Source: Tetramitus jugosus (taxonomy: Eukaryota > Protista > Heterolobosea). Taken from it: DNA of 64,000 bases. The stretch is taken from assembly GCA_937625935.1 (NCBI GenBank), contig OW569372.1, positions 372,001 to 436,000 of the forward strand, read 5' to 3'. This document shows positions 11,015-23,264 of the stretch, piece after piece. Each line of letters starts with the position of its first letter. The stretch's first letter is position 1. The position numbers and the translations under genes were made by a program. The notes under the pieces are model-generated. The model was not told the origin of the DNA. It saw only the letters and a program-made list of their open reading frames with translations, and made no database searches.

Positions 11015-12493
11015 ATGGATCCAAGAACTATCTATCAACAAGTAGCTCAGTGTGCCATACCCATCCCCTCGGATCCCAGTCACCTCCGTCCGAAGTTTGA
11101 TCAAATATTGAGTAAGTGCTTATCCGAGGAGACACAAGTGGTCATGCTTGGAGGATCTACTCACGGCACAGAAGAATTTTACCGATTACGTTCGGAAATT
11201 ACAAAAGAATTGATATCCAAGCACGGATTCAGTATTGTGGCAGTGGAGGCTGATTGGCCCGATGCGTATCGTGTCAATCGTTATGTCCGCACCAATTTCA
11301 AGTCGAGAGACAAGGATCCTGGCAGAGCTCTGGGTGATTTCCAATCTTTCCCTCAGTGGATGTGGCGAAACACGGTCATGACTGATTTTGTCTCCTGGTT
11401 ACAAAAACACAACAGAAGTCAAAAGTGGAAAGATAATGAATGCGGTTTCTATGGCCTTGACATTTACAGTATGAACCGCTCGAGGAATGAAGTAGTAAAA
11501 TACTTGCAAAACGTGAATCCAGAGCTAGCGAATCGTGCCAAGCGATTCTATGGTTGTTTTGATCGCTTTTCCAACGACCCTGACACATACAGCTACAAAA
11601 TCGGTTTGGGACTCGAGTCTGATTGTGAGAATTCAGTCCTCAAGGTGTTGAATGATATGATGAGCCATCAGGCAGAGATCATGAGCCAAGATGACATTCC
11701 CGAGGATGACACATACTTTTATGCCAAGACCAATGCACGAGTCGTGGCCAATGCTGAGAGCTACTTTCGCAATATGATACGAAGAGATAATTCGTGCAAT
11801 ATTAGAGACCGAAGCATGCTTGAGACACTTGTTGATTTGATCATGTACTTGTCAGAGAAGGCAGGTGTGAGAAAGAAGGCTGTTGTGTGGGCTCATAGCT
11901 CTCACTTGGGAGATTCTGCATTCACTAGTGGTGCCAAGTTCCATGAGGTCAACTTGGGTCAACTCATTCGTTCATCCTTTGGACTGAACAAATGCTTCAG
12001 CGTTGGTTTAACAACCTATTGCGGGTCAGTGACAGCTGCAGCACTATGTGATGGTGAACCAGATTACTTCATTTTGAATGAGGGAATGCCAGGATCAATC
12101 GAGCACTTATTTCATGAAACAGTAGCTGAAATTAACTGGAATGAACCGGATAAGGAATTCCAGGCATTCATGATTGTATTTCGATCACTCAATCCAAAAT
12201 GTGACATCGTGGCACCACAAGAGGTTTCTCAAATCTTGGGTGAACCTCGAATACAGAGAGCCATTGGAGTTGTTTACATGCCCGGGACTGAGCGTCTAAG
12301 TCATTACCAAGAGTGTAAGTTATCATTCCAATTTGATTCTGTAATACATATCGATCGAACCAATGCCGTGACTCCGTTAGAGCTTGCTCCTATCTGGATA
12401 GCAAAGACTGAGGTCGTAGTCTTCACTCCAATTGACCAGGTGAGAGAGGAAATTGAGCAGAGCGGAGATGCCATGGGAATGGATATTTCATAA
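11015..12493 (+). CDS. Erythromycin esterase (EreA/EreB) family protein
   Basis: STHGTEEFY, VAVEADWPDAYRVNRYV, FPQWMWRN, GFYGLDIYS, RAIGVVY..TERLSHY and QFDSVIHID motifs. Confidence 0.88.
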   Translation: MDPRTIYQQVAQCAIPIPSDPSHLRPKFDQILSKCLSEETQVVMLGGSTHGTEEFYRLRSEITKELISKHGFSIVAVEADWPDAYRVNRYVRTNFKSRDKDPGRALGDFQSFPQWMWRNTVMTDFVSWLQKHNRSQKWKDNECGFYGLDIYSMNRSRNEVVKYLQNVNPELANRAKRFYGCFDRFSNDPDTYSYKIGLGLESDCENSVLKVLNDMMSHQAEIMSQDDIPEDDTYFYAKTNARVVANAESYFRNMIRRDNSCNIRDRSMLETLVDLIMYLSEKAGVRKKAVVWAHSSHLGDSAFTSGAKFHEVNLGQLIRSSFGLNKCFSVGLTTYCGSVTAAALCDGEPDYFILNEGMPGSIEHLFHETVAEINWNEPDKEFQAFMIVFRSLNPKCDIVAPQEVSQILGEPRIQRAIGVVYMPGTERLSHYQECKLSFQFDSVIHIDRTNAVTPLELAPIWIAKTEVVVFTPIDQVREEIEQSGDAMGMDIS

Positions 12494-12507
12494 ACCACGT
12501 TTATTCC

Positions 12508-15480
12508 TTAATCGCTCTTCTTTCTGGGTTTTGGAGCAGGAGGTAAGATTGTTGGTTGCTCTTCGATCGTTGGTGCTACCTCTTCTTCCTGCTTCGATTC
12601 CTCTGGTGCTGTTGTTTCCTCTTGGACTTCGTTGTGAGTATACGTATCTTGATCTTCTTGCTCCACTGGAGCTCCTATTGCTACATCTGATACATCAATA
12701 TCTAAATCATCATCCCATCCCTCTACATCTACATCATCCATGCTCGTATCGTTGTAGTGAATTTCAGTATCTTCTGGCCTCACAACATTCTCCACAACTT
12801 CTTCAAGTTGTGCCAAGGGCTTTGAAACGACCTCCTCTTTCTGTTTGGGTGGGGAAGACTTTTGAGATTTTTGCTCCTTTGGAGGTGGACTCTTTGTTAC
12901 ACTCACCCTTGGGGATGCCTTTGGGGCAATGATCGCTTTTGCTGGCTTTTTTACAGTAACGACTTCTTCGCCCATACCAAACTCACTGAAATAGTCTGGC
13001 ATGTTGGCATTTGTATCATCATCATCGTCATCCTCCATTTTTGATATTGCCTTCACATTCTTCTCGTTGTTTTCATGCACATTTCTTTCGATCACCACCG
13101 GAGCAATCGACTGTACAGCCATTTCTTTGTTGTCATTCTCCTCCTCGTCCTCTTCTTCGTCCTCGTCCCATTTGTCCCAATTATCCTCATTTTCTGACAC
13201 GTCTCCGTTTTCTTCTACATCGCTATGTGGTTGTTCAACTGTGGTTGCTTTAACTTCATTGACTAAATGTTGATCAATTGGTTGAGTGCGAGCGACAGCT
13301 CGGCCATTTTCATTTTCCATCTCTCCATCTTCAACTGACTTTGTATCAGCAATACCATTAGACAATCCGAAATCAACATTTGGTGCAGATCCGGTGAATT
13401 GAGATTTACGATCGAGAGGAAGCTTAGAGGATGGAGGGAAGTATGCTTGGATCACATACTTTGAGGGATCGTCATTGCGGGACACCATGCCAAAATTACA
13501 TGATGATATGTCATACTCTTCAATGTAGTCCAATGTGGATTTAATGACTTGAGTGGCCTTGTGTCTCACCTCGGCCTTCTCATGAAGAGCAAGTGGGAAT
13601 ATATTCTTAAGAATCAGAGAAACAAATTCTCTTGGATCGAAACGATGCATATGTATCAAGACAACATTGAGTGCATAGAGCTTAATCTCATACTCAGTGT
13701 CGAATATCGCGTAATGAAGTGCTGAAAATATTATCGACTTTTGAATTTTTGGAATACTCCACAATTCCATGAGTGACATGATTGCATGGGATCGAATTGC
13801 AATAGAATTGTTCGACACAGCATAATGATGAATAATCTCGATATAGCGATTCACTACAGTCTCTACAAGATTTGTTCCTTCTTTTTGATCAACTGATGAT
13901 AAATGACGAGCGATTTGAACCAGTGCATCCATGGTAAATCGAACAAGATCATCGTTACTATCGCTCAATCCCATCAAAATATTTGGCAAAATCAACTTGA
14001 TAAAGTGACCTCTCTCAAAAAATTGAATATAGTATTGAAGTTGTTGCAGCATGCGAATTCGAAGTGCCAAATGATTCGAATGATAACTCTTTGTAATAAA
14101 TGGAACAATTAGTTGCTTGTAATCCTCTTCTTCCAAAATACCGCTCACTGTATTGTTGTTTGATGTCTTATTGTTCATCTTTGGTGCAAACAGGTGTGGC
14201 AGGAATAAGGAAACATTCATTTCACTCAAGAATGGAAGCGTTAACATTCTAGGTATCACTCGTTTCTTCAAAATCGGATAGGACACACTGGCGATCTTTA
14301 GGTGCAAATTTCGAAAGAATTGTGCCTTGTCCTGATTGGGCACCATTCGAATATCGTCAAAGAACAGCATTGTTTCACAGAAAGGCTCCCGGAAGATGCT
14401 CAACTTCGAAAATGCATCACAAGTCGATCGCTTTACAGGATTTTTATCGCTTGCACTCTCCATCCACTTCCTAACACTCATATCAGATAGAAATTGTCGT
14501 TCATAGTCTACTGGTCGACTTCTATTCACACTATTGCTGGTAGTCGCCTTTTCTTGTTTTTGCGCCTGTGATTCATTAAATAGACTCAAAATGGATTGAA
14601 CACACTTTGCAAAGCACCAAACGTCTCTACTCGCTGCTCTCTCACTGTGTTTGTTCGTTTTTGCGCTCTCCTCGGGTGTAATGGTCTCAGGGCGTCTCAT
14701 TGTCTTTGTCTCCTCCAAAAACTCACTCGTTACGTCCTTGAAGGCACGCGCAAATTGAAAATCTCCAATCATCCACCGCGATTGCTTTTGTTTACTGACA
14801 AAAATGGAGTCCAAGTCAATTTGATTGTGTGCAATGTTGCCATTCTCATTCAACCAATGAATGACAGACTGTGTTCAATGTTTAATCATCATCATAATCA
14901 TCACGATCAGTATCATTGTTAGTTTCATTCAACTGACTCTCACAACGATCGATCGAAAAACAACAAAAAACGACCAAATATGAAAAAAACATACGGCAAT
15001 TTGATTCAATCCCAACAACACTTCAGAATACTCCAATGTATGCAACACGTTTCTCAGTGGAACCACCGATTCTGTTGCCAAAAATAAATGATCAGGTCCA
15101 ACCTCTAAACTATCAATGTATTTGATCACGGATGGATGTCTCAATTGCTTCACTGTCTGTTGTGTAACAGAGTACAACAACCACGTTCATTACACATGAG
15201 ATTGAAATCAAGTCAATCAAACTGTTCGTTCATAACAACAACAAAAATAAATGATAATCATGCATACTCTGATGGCTGATTTGGCGTATTGAGTGGATGA
15301 AACAGCTGTCGTTGTTGTTGTTGCAGGTGGCAAAGCTTTAAATTCAAACACGGTGACTTGTCTTTGATCTTGTTGAGCAAGAGTACCACTGTATATTGTC
15401 CAGAATGGAAGTTTTTGTTGCTCATCCTTCTTGAGAGGCTCAAGGGATGAGAATTTTGATTTGATTTGTGAGTTGCCCAT
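12508..15480 (-). CDS. SCY1-like pseudokinase with HEAT repeats (SCYL3/PACE1-like); exons 15480..15268, 15156..14995, 14868..12508
   Basis: MGNSQ myristoylation-like start, LRHPSVIKY, ATESVVPL, a HEAT region (ILMGLSDSNDDLVRFT) and an acidic tail. GT-AG introns restore the frame. Confidence 0.85.
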
Positions 15481-15642
15481 TCGTTGGTTCAATGTGAATG
15501 ATTTGTTTTGTGTTGTTCGGCGGAAAACAATTTCCGAGAAGCACGAAAAGATATCAAACTAAAACCACAATGATTTGGCGAAAAAAAGCTGAAAAGTATT
15601 GGAATAAAAGGAAAGTGGCGATTGCCACATCTTCTCTAAAAC

Positions 15643-15840
15643 AACTTTCTCGGCCTCTGGCTTTGATCAAGTGTAGTATCTGTTCTCGATAGCTGTAATA
15701 TCTATCGCAAAACCTACGGGTTTTGTAAGTATTACTGTTAATTTGTTGACGGGGCTATCTACTGATGTTTCGCCTCCGGGCTGAGACTCGTAGATGGCGC
15801 GTGTTGCCTTGGCATTGCACTATCCGCCTCGGTGGCACAC
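15643..15840 (+). ncRNA. U2: U2 spliceosomal snRNA
   Basis: 5' TCTCGGCC-TCT-GGCTTTGATCAAGTGTAGTATCTGTTCT contains the GUAGUA branch-pairing sequence. Stem IIa CGATAG/CTATCG has a GTAATA loop complementary to downstream TATTAC (IIc). Stem IIb is CAAAACC-TACG-GGTTTTG. There is an Sm-like AATTTGTTG and a stem IV loop ATTGCAC. Ends are approximate. Confidence 0.95.
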
Positions 15841-15974
15841 CTCTTATTAAATCAATGGAAGTCTTCGGATTTGCAAGCATCCCGTCCAAAATTCACGCTC
15901 AGGCAAACGGTCATACATCATGTTACGTTTTTTTGTAATTAAAGATCATCAATTGCAGTATTAATCATGGAAAG

Positions 15975-16883
15975 CTAATGTTCCTTTATTCTTGGTGCCT
16001 TTTCAAAGAGTAACTCTCTTCTCACATTCTCCAAGGGCTCATTCAAGTTCTTCTCATACTCATAACCCAATATAAACTTACTGTTGACCCCACATCTCCA
16101 CGCCCAAGGCAACAACTCATTAAAATAAATACGTCTTTCTTCAGATGGCAATCGCAACACTGCAAATGAACTCAGTGCGTTCATTGGTAGTCGCAATTGA
16201 ACAAACTCCAATGCCTTGATTGCCAACTCACCCAAAACAGTGGGCGGCAAATCAGCCAACACATGGAAAAAATCATGCGTTTCTCTGTAGCGCATCATTA
16301 TGTACGCCAATTGTTCATCATCCACAAATCGCACCACTGGTCTCTCTTCAGCTTTGAACCCGTGAGATGACATGTACTTGTAATAACCACCTCCCAATGT
16401 ATCACTTGGTAAAAGCTTCAAATACTCATTATTGAGCTTTTGATCCATTGTAAAGCGCGGTCTTTCTTCCAAAATTCTCCTACCTGACTCACTCTCCATC
16501 ATTTTGACTTGCATGTAGCGCAAAGAGAGTTCACCTGTAGTTTCACCGAGAGCAGCAACCATGTCAGCTCTCAATGGATTCATGAATGCTATGAGACTGG
16601 ACCCAATACCAATGAGACCCTTCTGAATGAATGAAGTGGGAATGTGAGTATTGTACAGGTAGGGTGATGATGGCGTAGTACTACTACTTGATTGGAACAA
16701 GGGAGAACGATTTTGGGGCATGGGATTGTTTTGAGTCTTTTGGTCAGAGTTGTTGTTGGAGCTTCCATTGTTGTTGTTGTTGTTGTTTATGGGTGTAGTG
16801 GTTGTTGTGTGGAAGAAACGAAGCTTTGGACGAGAAGAGAAGAATAATCGTGTTGTTGATCGCACATGACGGTGATGGTTCAT
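15975..16883 (-). CDS. COQ4: Ubiquinone biosynthesis protein COQ4, mitochondrial
   Basis: RADMVAALGETTG, RYRETHDFFH (HDxxH) and GELAIKALE motifs, with an Arg-rich presequence. Confidence 0.95.
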   Translation of the reverse strand: MNHHRHVRSTTRLFFSSRPKLRFFHTTTTTPINNNNNNNGSSNNNSDQKTQNNPMPQNRSPLFQSSSSTTPSSPYLYNTHIPTSFIQKGLIGIGSSLIAFMNPLRADMVAALGETTGELSLRYMQVKMMESESGRRILEERPRFTMDQKLNNEYLKLLPSDTLGGGYYKYMSSHGFKAEERPVVRFVDDEQLAYIMMRYRETHDFFHVLADLPPTVLGELAIKALEFVQLRLPMNALSSFAVLRLPSEERRIYFNELLPWAWRCGVNSKFILGYEYEKNLNEPLENVRRELLFEKAPRIKEH

Positions 16884-16952
16884 TTTGTGAGTGTTGTTTA
16901 AGGTGCACGGAAAAGCTTTTGAGAGATCAAAAATTTTATGGTTGTTGGATGA

Positions 16953-19900
16953 TTAGACGAGTGATTCGTATGACCTTGGTCTCGTTGGTGCCATTTGTCG
17001 CTTTGAACGAGCTCTCATCTGGAACATGCAAACACAAACAAGAATCATGAGACAGACAGCAGCAAGATTGACACCCACATGCAGGTAGCGTTGTTTTCCG
17101 AGGTGAACACCGAGCTCCTCTGTTCTGAGGTGCAGATTTCGCTTACCTGGCGGCAGCTCGAAGCTTGATCTCGTTGGGAAATACCACTCATAGAAATCAT
17201 GCAACAGTTCTTTCACTGACCCATTTGGATCCGTTTGATTCATGTCGTCATTCAAGCAAATGAACTTTGGTTTCTTCATTCGAACGTCATCTAATTGGTC
17301 TGCCACCTTGTCATAATCATCACGAAGCATATGGAAGGCAACTTCGTCCATGTTCACAAGAGTGTACTCAAATCTGTTTTCCTTCTTGTGTAAGTGCTTG
17401 GAACAAAGTTCAGAGAGTCCACTCTGTATGAATACGTTGAGATCGAAACCTTGGATCGTTCTCGAACTGTTGTTCTCTCTCAGATAATAATCCGTTAGGT
17501 TCATTAGCTTAGTTACATCGGCATTGAATGAGTTGAAGGATTCAAAGGGAGAGAACGAGTCAGAATCATACTTCCAGTTGGAACCCTTTGACTGACTACT
17601 GAGCCAACTATTCCATCCAGCTAATGGGTCACTCGTCGAATTACCACCAGTGGTCGAGTTACCACTTGTAGCAGTTGGTGTATTCTTTGTTTCTTTCTTT
17701 GGCTTTGGCTCTTCAACGAAAAGGTGTGCATAGCTAGGTAATGTCACATTTGTCTGTAGTTTCTGAATAGTGCTCTGCAATACCCTCCATTCCCTGTCCA
17801 TTGTTCGAGAGAGGAGTCTCACTTCAGTGGGTTGAAGCACTCCATCGCCATTGGTATCGAGAGAAGAGAAGTACTCTGAGGCACTATAGTTCTTTCCCTC
17901 GTGCATCATGTAGTAGAAGTAAGAGAATGCATATTGCATATCATTTGAACTTCTGAAACGGTTGCTACTTGTTTGATCAAACTGCTTGCCCCATACATCA
18001 TCTGCAATCTCGTACATGATTGATCGTCTAATCATATGTGGCATGTGAGCTGGTACCTTTCTAGCAACTCTACCAAATCGAGCATTGAGAAGCTTATTCA
18101 CATGGATCAGAGAGTCACCAAACTTGTCCAATAGCTTTCTGCGACCGGGACTCGTTACTGTAATGCCACTATCAAGCAACTCCTTTTCGTCCTTTTCCAA
18201 AAGGATTTGCTTTTGCACATCACTCTGAATCATATTTTGAATCTTAAGTCCCTCGACCTTCTTTTGATAAGCATGTTTCGATGAATGTTGAATATCATTT
18301 CCATGATCTGAATCTCGAACAACTGACATCTTCACTCTTGGTCTCTCTTCCATCATTGTTCCTTCAACTGACATCAATCTGCGACCACCAATGTGTCCTA
18401 AATTGATTTCTTGAACGTCGTTTGCTTTCTTCTTTCCAGGCAGTACCATTCTCTTATTTTGAACTTTAGAAGGCTGGTTGAACATTTGGCGCAATGCTTG
18501 GTCAGCATCCTGCCCATTGTTGGTATTATTCTTTTCTACTGTCTGTGCCTTTTTCTTTTTCTTTGGCTTTGTCATCTTGCCATCTTTCTTTGGCTCGTTC
18601 GGTTCAGCTTTAGTGTTTTGCGTTTGCGTTTGACCTTGAGGAACTTTAACTTTCTCAGTCTTCTTCTCTCCTGCATCCTGATAATTGTCTTTTGCCTCAT
18701 TGTTGATTTGTTTTGGCTTCTCAGTATCTGCTTTTGTTTTTGGTACGACTACGTTTTCAGATGCTGGTTCTGGAGATTGCTGTTTCACAGAGCTTGCAAT
18801 AATGTTAACGCCCTCTTCAAAGTAACCATCCTCCTTTGTGAAAATATGAACATGGACCGTCAGTGTTTCAGTTTTGTTTGTTCCAAGTTGTTTATCTAAA
18901 ACCTGAACTTCTGCTTCCACTGTCAGTGTGACATTCGTATCTGGTAGCTGTGAGGCTATAGTTGCATCTGTCACATTTGCCTCTGATCCAGAATTCGTTA
19001 CGTTTAGCTCCTGTGGAGTCTTCAAGAATGTTAACGTCACAATTCTCTGAGCTTGAGAGATGGACGAACTTCTGATCCAGGCATCATTATTGTGCGCACC
19101 TGATACTATTTTGGAATCAGATGGTACAATATTCGTCAAATCAATATACATGGATCGTACTAGTCTTCTCACATAAAATCGCTGGTCATTGGACCGCACA
19201 ATTGCTGCAGGCAATTCAGACGTAATCTTGGTGAAGCCACAGTCTCCAGCATCAAAACCACACTCGGGCACATTACAAGGATTATCACAAAAACGATCAC
19301 CGATCCAGTGATCAAAGCATGATTTGGAACATAATTTGCTTGTTCGTTTTTTTTGTTCATTAGCCCAGGCATTGTTCGTTGAACTACCACGCCAAGGATC
19401 CCATGAATTACTGCTCGTTTGTGAGTTTCTTTGAACGCCAAGACAATCTCCTCCATCAAAATCACACGAGGTAACATTGCACGCAGAGTCACAATATCCA
19501 TCTCCAATCCAATTGGCATTGCATCCAGTTGCGCAATCTGGGACATCCCACGACAAGAACACTTTTTGTCCACCAGAGTTTGGATTCAATGAAATAAAAT
19601 CGGTCGGATACACATAATTGCCAAACATGACATCATCGTTCAAATAAATAAAATGTTCGCTCAGGCCTGGAATTCGGTGAAGGTGCGACTCGATCGAAGG
19701 ACTGCTAAACGTTGGCAAATGTGAAGTGTTCAAAAATATGTCGTTGTGTGTCACAATCTACAGATTCATTCGTCGTCATGTACACATGTATATATATTAT
19801 TTACACACAAATAATTTGTGCACGAGAATCATGTTTTTAACTCGGTGTAAGCCATCATTTCTCATTCACTCACGCACACACACACATATACAAATCTTCC

Positions 19901-20668
19901 CACATACCTTAACCTTTGGATTATCCAAGTTTAGCCAGTGAGGTACTTGTCCACTCGTCACAATAAACACTTGTCTGACCCATGGTGCAAATTTCTCAAT
20001 ACTTCTCAATGAATATCTCAACTCTTCATTATCTCTGAATCGATTGCTTCCAGACACACTATTCTCCTCTTTTTGTTCTTCAGTCGATGAATGTGAACCA
20101 GTAGTACTGTTACCATTATTATTCCTTGTGTTGTTACTGTTGTTCACATTGGAAACAGGTGATTGTTGTTGTTGTTGTTGTTGAGAAGCGTACAACTGCG
20201 TATAGTGTGCCAACTGTTTCAAATGAATGGGATCTGAACCATTGACCCACGTGTAAACAATGTCCATGGGTTGATTGAAACAGAGAGAGTTCTTTGAATT
20301 GACGTGACCTACATTGTCATGAAACACTCGATCACAAGTCTGAGCACACTCATCTCCGAAAATGGTCATTTTATTGACAATGCCTGTTTGTTGGTTTCAC
20401 AAAAGAAGAATTGATATTGATATTGAGTTGTGTGTGTGTCAGTACTGATCCATAACCAAGTTGACAAATATTGAAAGCTTTCGCTTTGGATCAAAAATCT
20501 GGAGAAAAGCTTACCAAAGGACACAAATTGTTGAATGAGATGCAACAACGAGTTGATGGTCACAAAAGCAAAAATCATGAGAAAAATGGCACCATATTTT
20601 GAGGTGCTAAAGGTGTAGAGGTTTCTCTGAAGAGATTTGGACAGATTTCGAAATCGAATACTCTTCAT
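16953..20668 (-). CDS. GNPTAB: GlcNAc-1-phosphotransferase alpha/beta precursor (Stealth family); exons 20668..20515, 20383..19908, 19757..16953
   Basis: Stealth CR1 [13 protein letters not shown]2 ELRYSLRS...FIYLNDD, two LNR/Notch repeats ([16 protein letters not shown]), CR3 PAHMPHM, EF-hand [14 protein letters not shown]4 KFICLNDD, and N- and C-terminal TM segments. Confidence 0.93.
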
Positions 20669-20999
20669 TTTGTTGTTTGATTTTGATTGATTCAGAACAT
20701 CAAGCTTGGAACGTTGTTTGTCAAGTTGGGTGGAGAAAAAAAATGGTGTGAATATCGCGGTAATTAGAGATTCAGTGGATTCGATGAAGCAAAACCCTCC
20801 AAGTGGCAATGATTGGTGCTTACACCTTAATGGTTTATGGCTCTTTGTGTGAGTCGATCACTTCTGGGAACTTAGTTAACTTACTCAATCCTCTTTGAGA
20901 ACATTGTTCCTCAGCTATTCATCACATTGATTGAAGTTGTCAAAGTCGTTCTTACAAAAATCCTTCATCACGATTCGCGCCAAAAATCAAGAAAACAAA

Positions 21000-22382
21000 A
21001 TGACCGCATCAACGATGGCAGACGAAGCAAGCAGATCACAACAAACCACTGGCGAACCAAAAGCTCCAATCAGCGAGTCATCCAACAAAAAACGAAAGGC
21101 AGTAGATGAGCTGAGCACGAGCAGATCCACAAAGAAACGAAACTTGAACAAAAAACGTAAGCTACACATGTGATGATGACGATTTCTCAACCATGTCATT
21201 GGTTATCACTGATTTTCATTGAATTCATGACTCACTCTTTCATTTTTTGGTTGATGTTATTTTGATCAAAGCTGTCATCTTGTACAAGCCAGGAGAGAAT
21301 TTGTTTGGATTGTATAGACCAGGTGTCATGGTCAAAGTATTCATTCCTGCCAAGTATATTTTAAAGCCAGTCACAAGAGCTACAGGTGAGGAAGATGAGG
21401 ATGGTGCAGAAGCAACTTCGTCCTATCATCAGCATCAAGTATATGGCACTGATGTCTATACTGATTTCTCTGATATTATTGGAGTTTGTCAGCATGTTGG
21501 AAAATTGAGATTGAATGAAATACAAAAGTTGAATAATGTGCTCAAGGGTATTATCGTCAGTGTTCGTATTCAGAAACCACTAGCGTACGTATAATTCGTT
21601 TGTTGACAGCTGTCTATTGTTGTTGCTTGTTGTCTTTTCAAGATTTATGAATATTGACTATTTAACACCTTAACTGCACACTACCTTTGTAAATTAACCT
21701 TCTTAGCAAGTACAATGCCACTTATCGTAACAACATTCGATCCAAGAGTTGGATCACAACAAATGATGAAAATCAGATTGCTACGCCAGATGATATCATT
21801 TCCAATAATGGCTACAGTGTTGAATCACTCAAGATTATAGAAGATGGTATCATGCCTGTTCATCATTACACTGAGATGGCCGATAGCATCAGCAGATGGA
21901 TGCAAATGAGTGCAGAGATGGAACAGGAGAGATTCCTGTCTAATGTTACAATCGTGTTCAACTTTGGCAATGAACCTGTATTAAAGTATAGTCTAAACTC
22001 TGTGGCAGACAAGGGCTGCGAAGAAGAACAATTAACCAGCAACAGATTGAGAAATGAAGTTTTGTTCGTTGAATGTGACGGTGACAAATATGAATTGAGC
22101 TGTCATTTGAACGAAAAAGGGTCAAGCACGTACCGTTTTGCAAAATTAACTCCAGAACTCAAGTTCGCGACTGTCAACTCCTTGTCTGAGATGAAACTTC
22201 CACTTTCGGAGGATCAGATTGAAGTAGTTGCGCAAGGGCTCCATTGGAGTGATGTTGAATGGGGAGCTGATTCTATTTCTATTTCAAATGCTGGACAGGT
22301 AAGCATCTACAACAACATTAGAAACATTCAGTTCTTCAAGAGAAACTCTCCTGTAAGTGAAGTTGAGAAATCTGCTGAATGA
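21000..22382 (+). CDS. RXT3-like histone deacetylase complex subunit; exons 21000..21156, 21272..21584, 21707..22382
   Basis: QVYGTDVYTDFSD...HVG and YNATYRNNIRSKSW (Rxt3 motifs), and a C-terminal NEPVLKYSLNSVADKG...TSNRL like plant RXT3L. GT-AG introns keep the frame. Confidence 0.8.
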
Positions 22383-23264
22383 ATGATATCATCAAACGCT
22401 CGTAGATTTTGATACTCAATTTTTGTCAGGTTGTGTTTCAGGTGATCACATTCGCCATCATTGTATTGCACCTTACCATGTAAAGCATTTTCATACTATC
22501 TGCTATTTATTCTCAGGCACTTTCAGCTGGAGAATTGTTTCTCTGGCCAGTCCATATCCAAACAAGTCGCTATCCGAAAAGAGAAAACGCTTCTTTCAGT
22601 GACAAACGATTCATTCTCTGCTCAATGTCAAATGGGTCTTCAAAATTTACCATTTCGGCACGAACAAAGAGGTACCAGAATCTAAAAACGGAGTAGAACA
22701 GATTTCGCGACTAAAAATTGAGACTCACAAGGGGGACGGAGAACAGATCCTTGAGGGGCCCGACAACAAATATAACTCTATGACTTCTGGTTGTTGTTCT
22801 TCTGTTTCCATGTGCACTCTTTTTAATAAGAAGTCTGATTGTCTTCACTTCCAGGTGAAAAACAAAACAGACACTCTAGTAAATAACACCAATCATACAT
22901 ACCGCTGAAGAAAGAAAGCCAATAAAAATCAGGTCCACACACAGGAAGTGAAATATTGAGAACTCTGATTCAGCTCTGCCCTCTGCGCCATCCTCCTCAC
23001 ACTTATTATTAATATTTATTCTTTACACGTAGTTCGAGAACTATATCTCTGAACAATACTCTCCTCTAAGCTTTTTTCCTCGATCTGGGACCTCCCGCTT
23101 TGATCCAGAACTTGTGATCCATCATCCTGTCACCAGACCAAAAAAAATCAACTGCCAATCCAAGTGATAACTAATCTCCAAAAAAACGAAAACACCCTCG
23201 TTACAAACACCAACAAATCCAAAACCACTTCCAGTGAATACAAGAACCAAGTAAACCAAGAACA

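Noticed and set aside
21170-21214. C box (GTGATGA) and D box (CTGA) in the first RXT3-like intron
   Set aside because: They are only about 45 nt apart, with no terminal stem and no recognisable rRNA guide.
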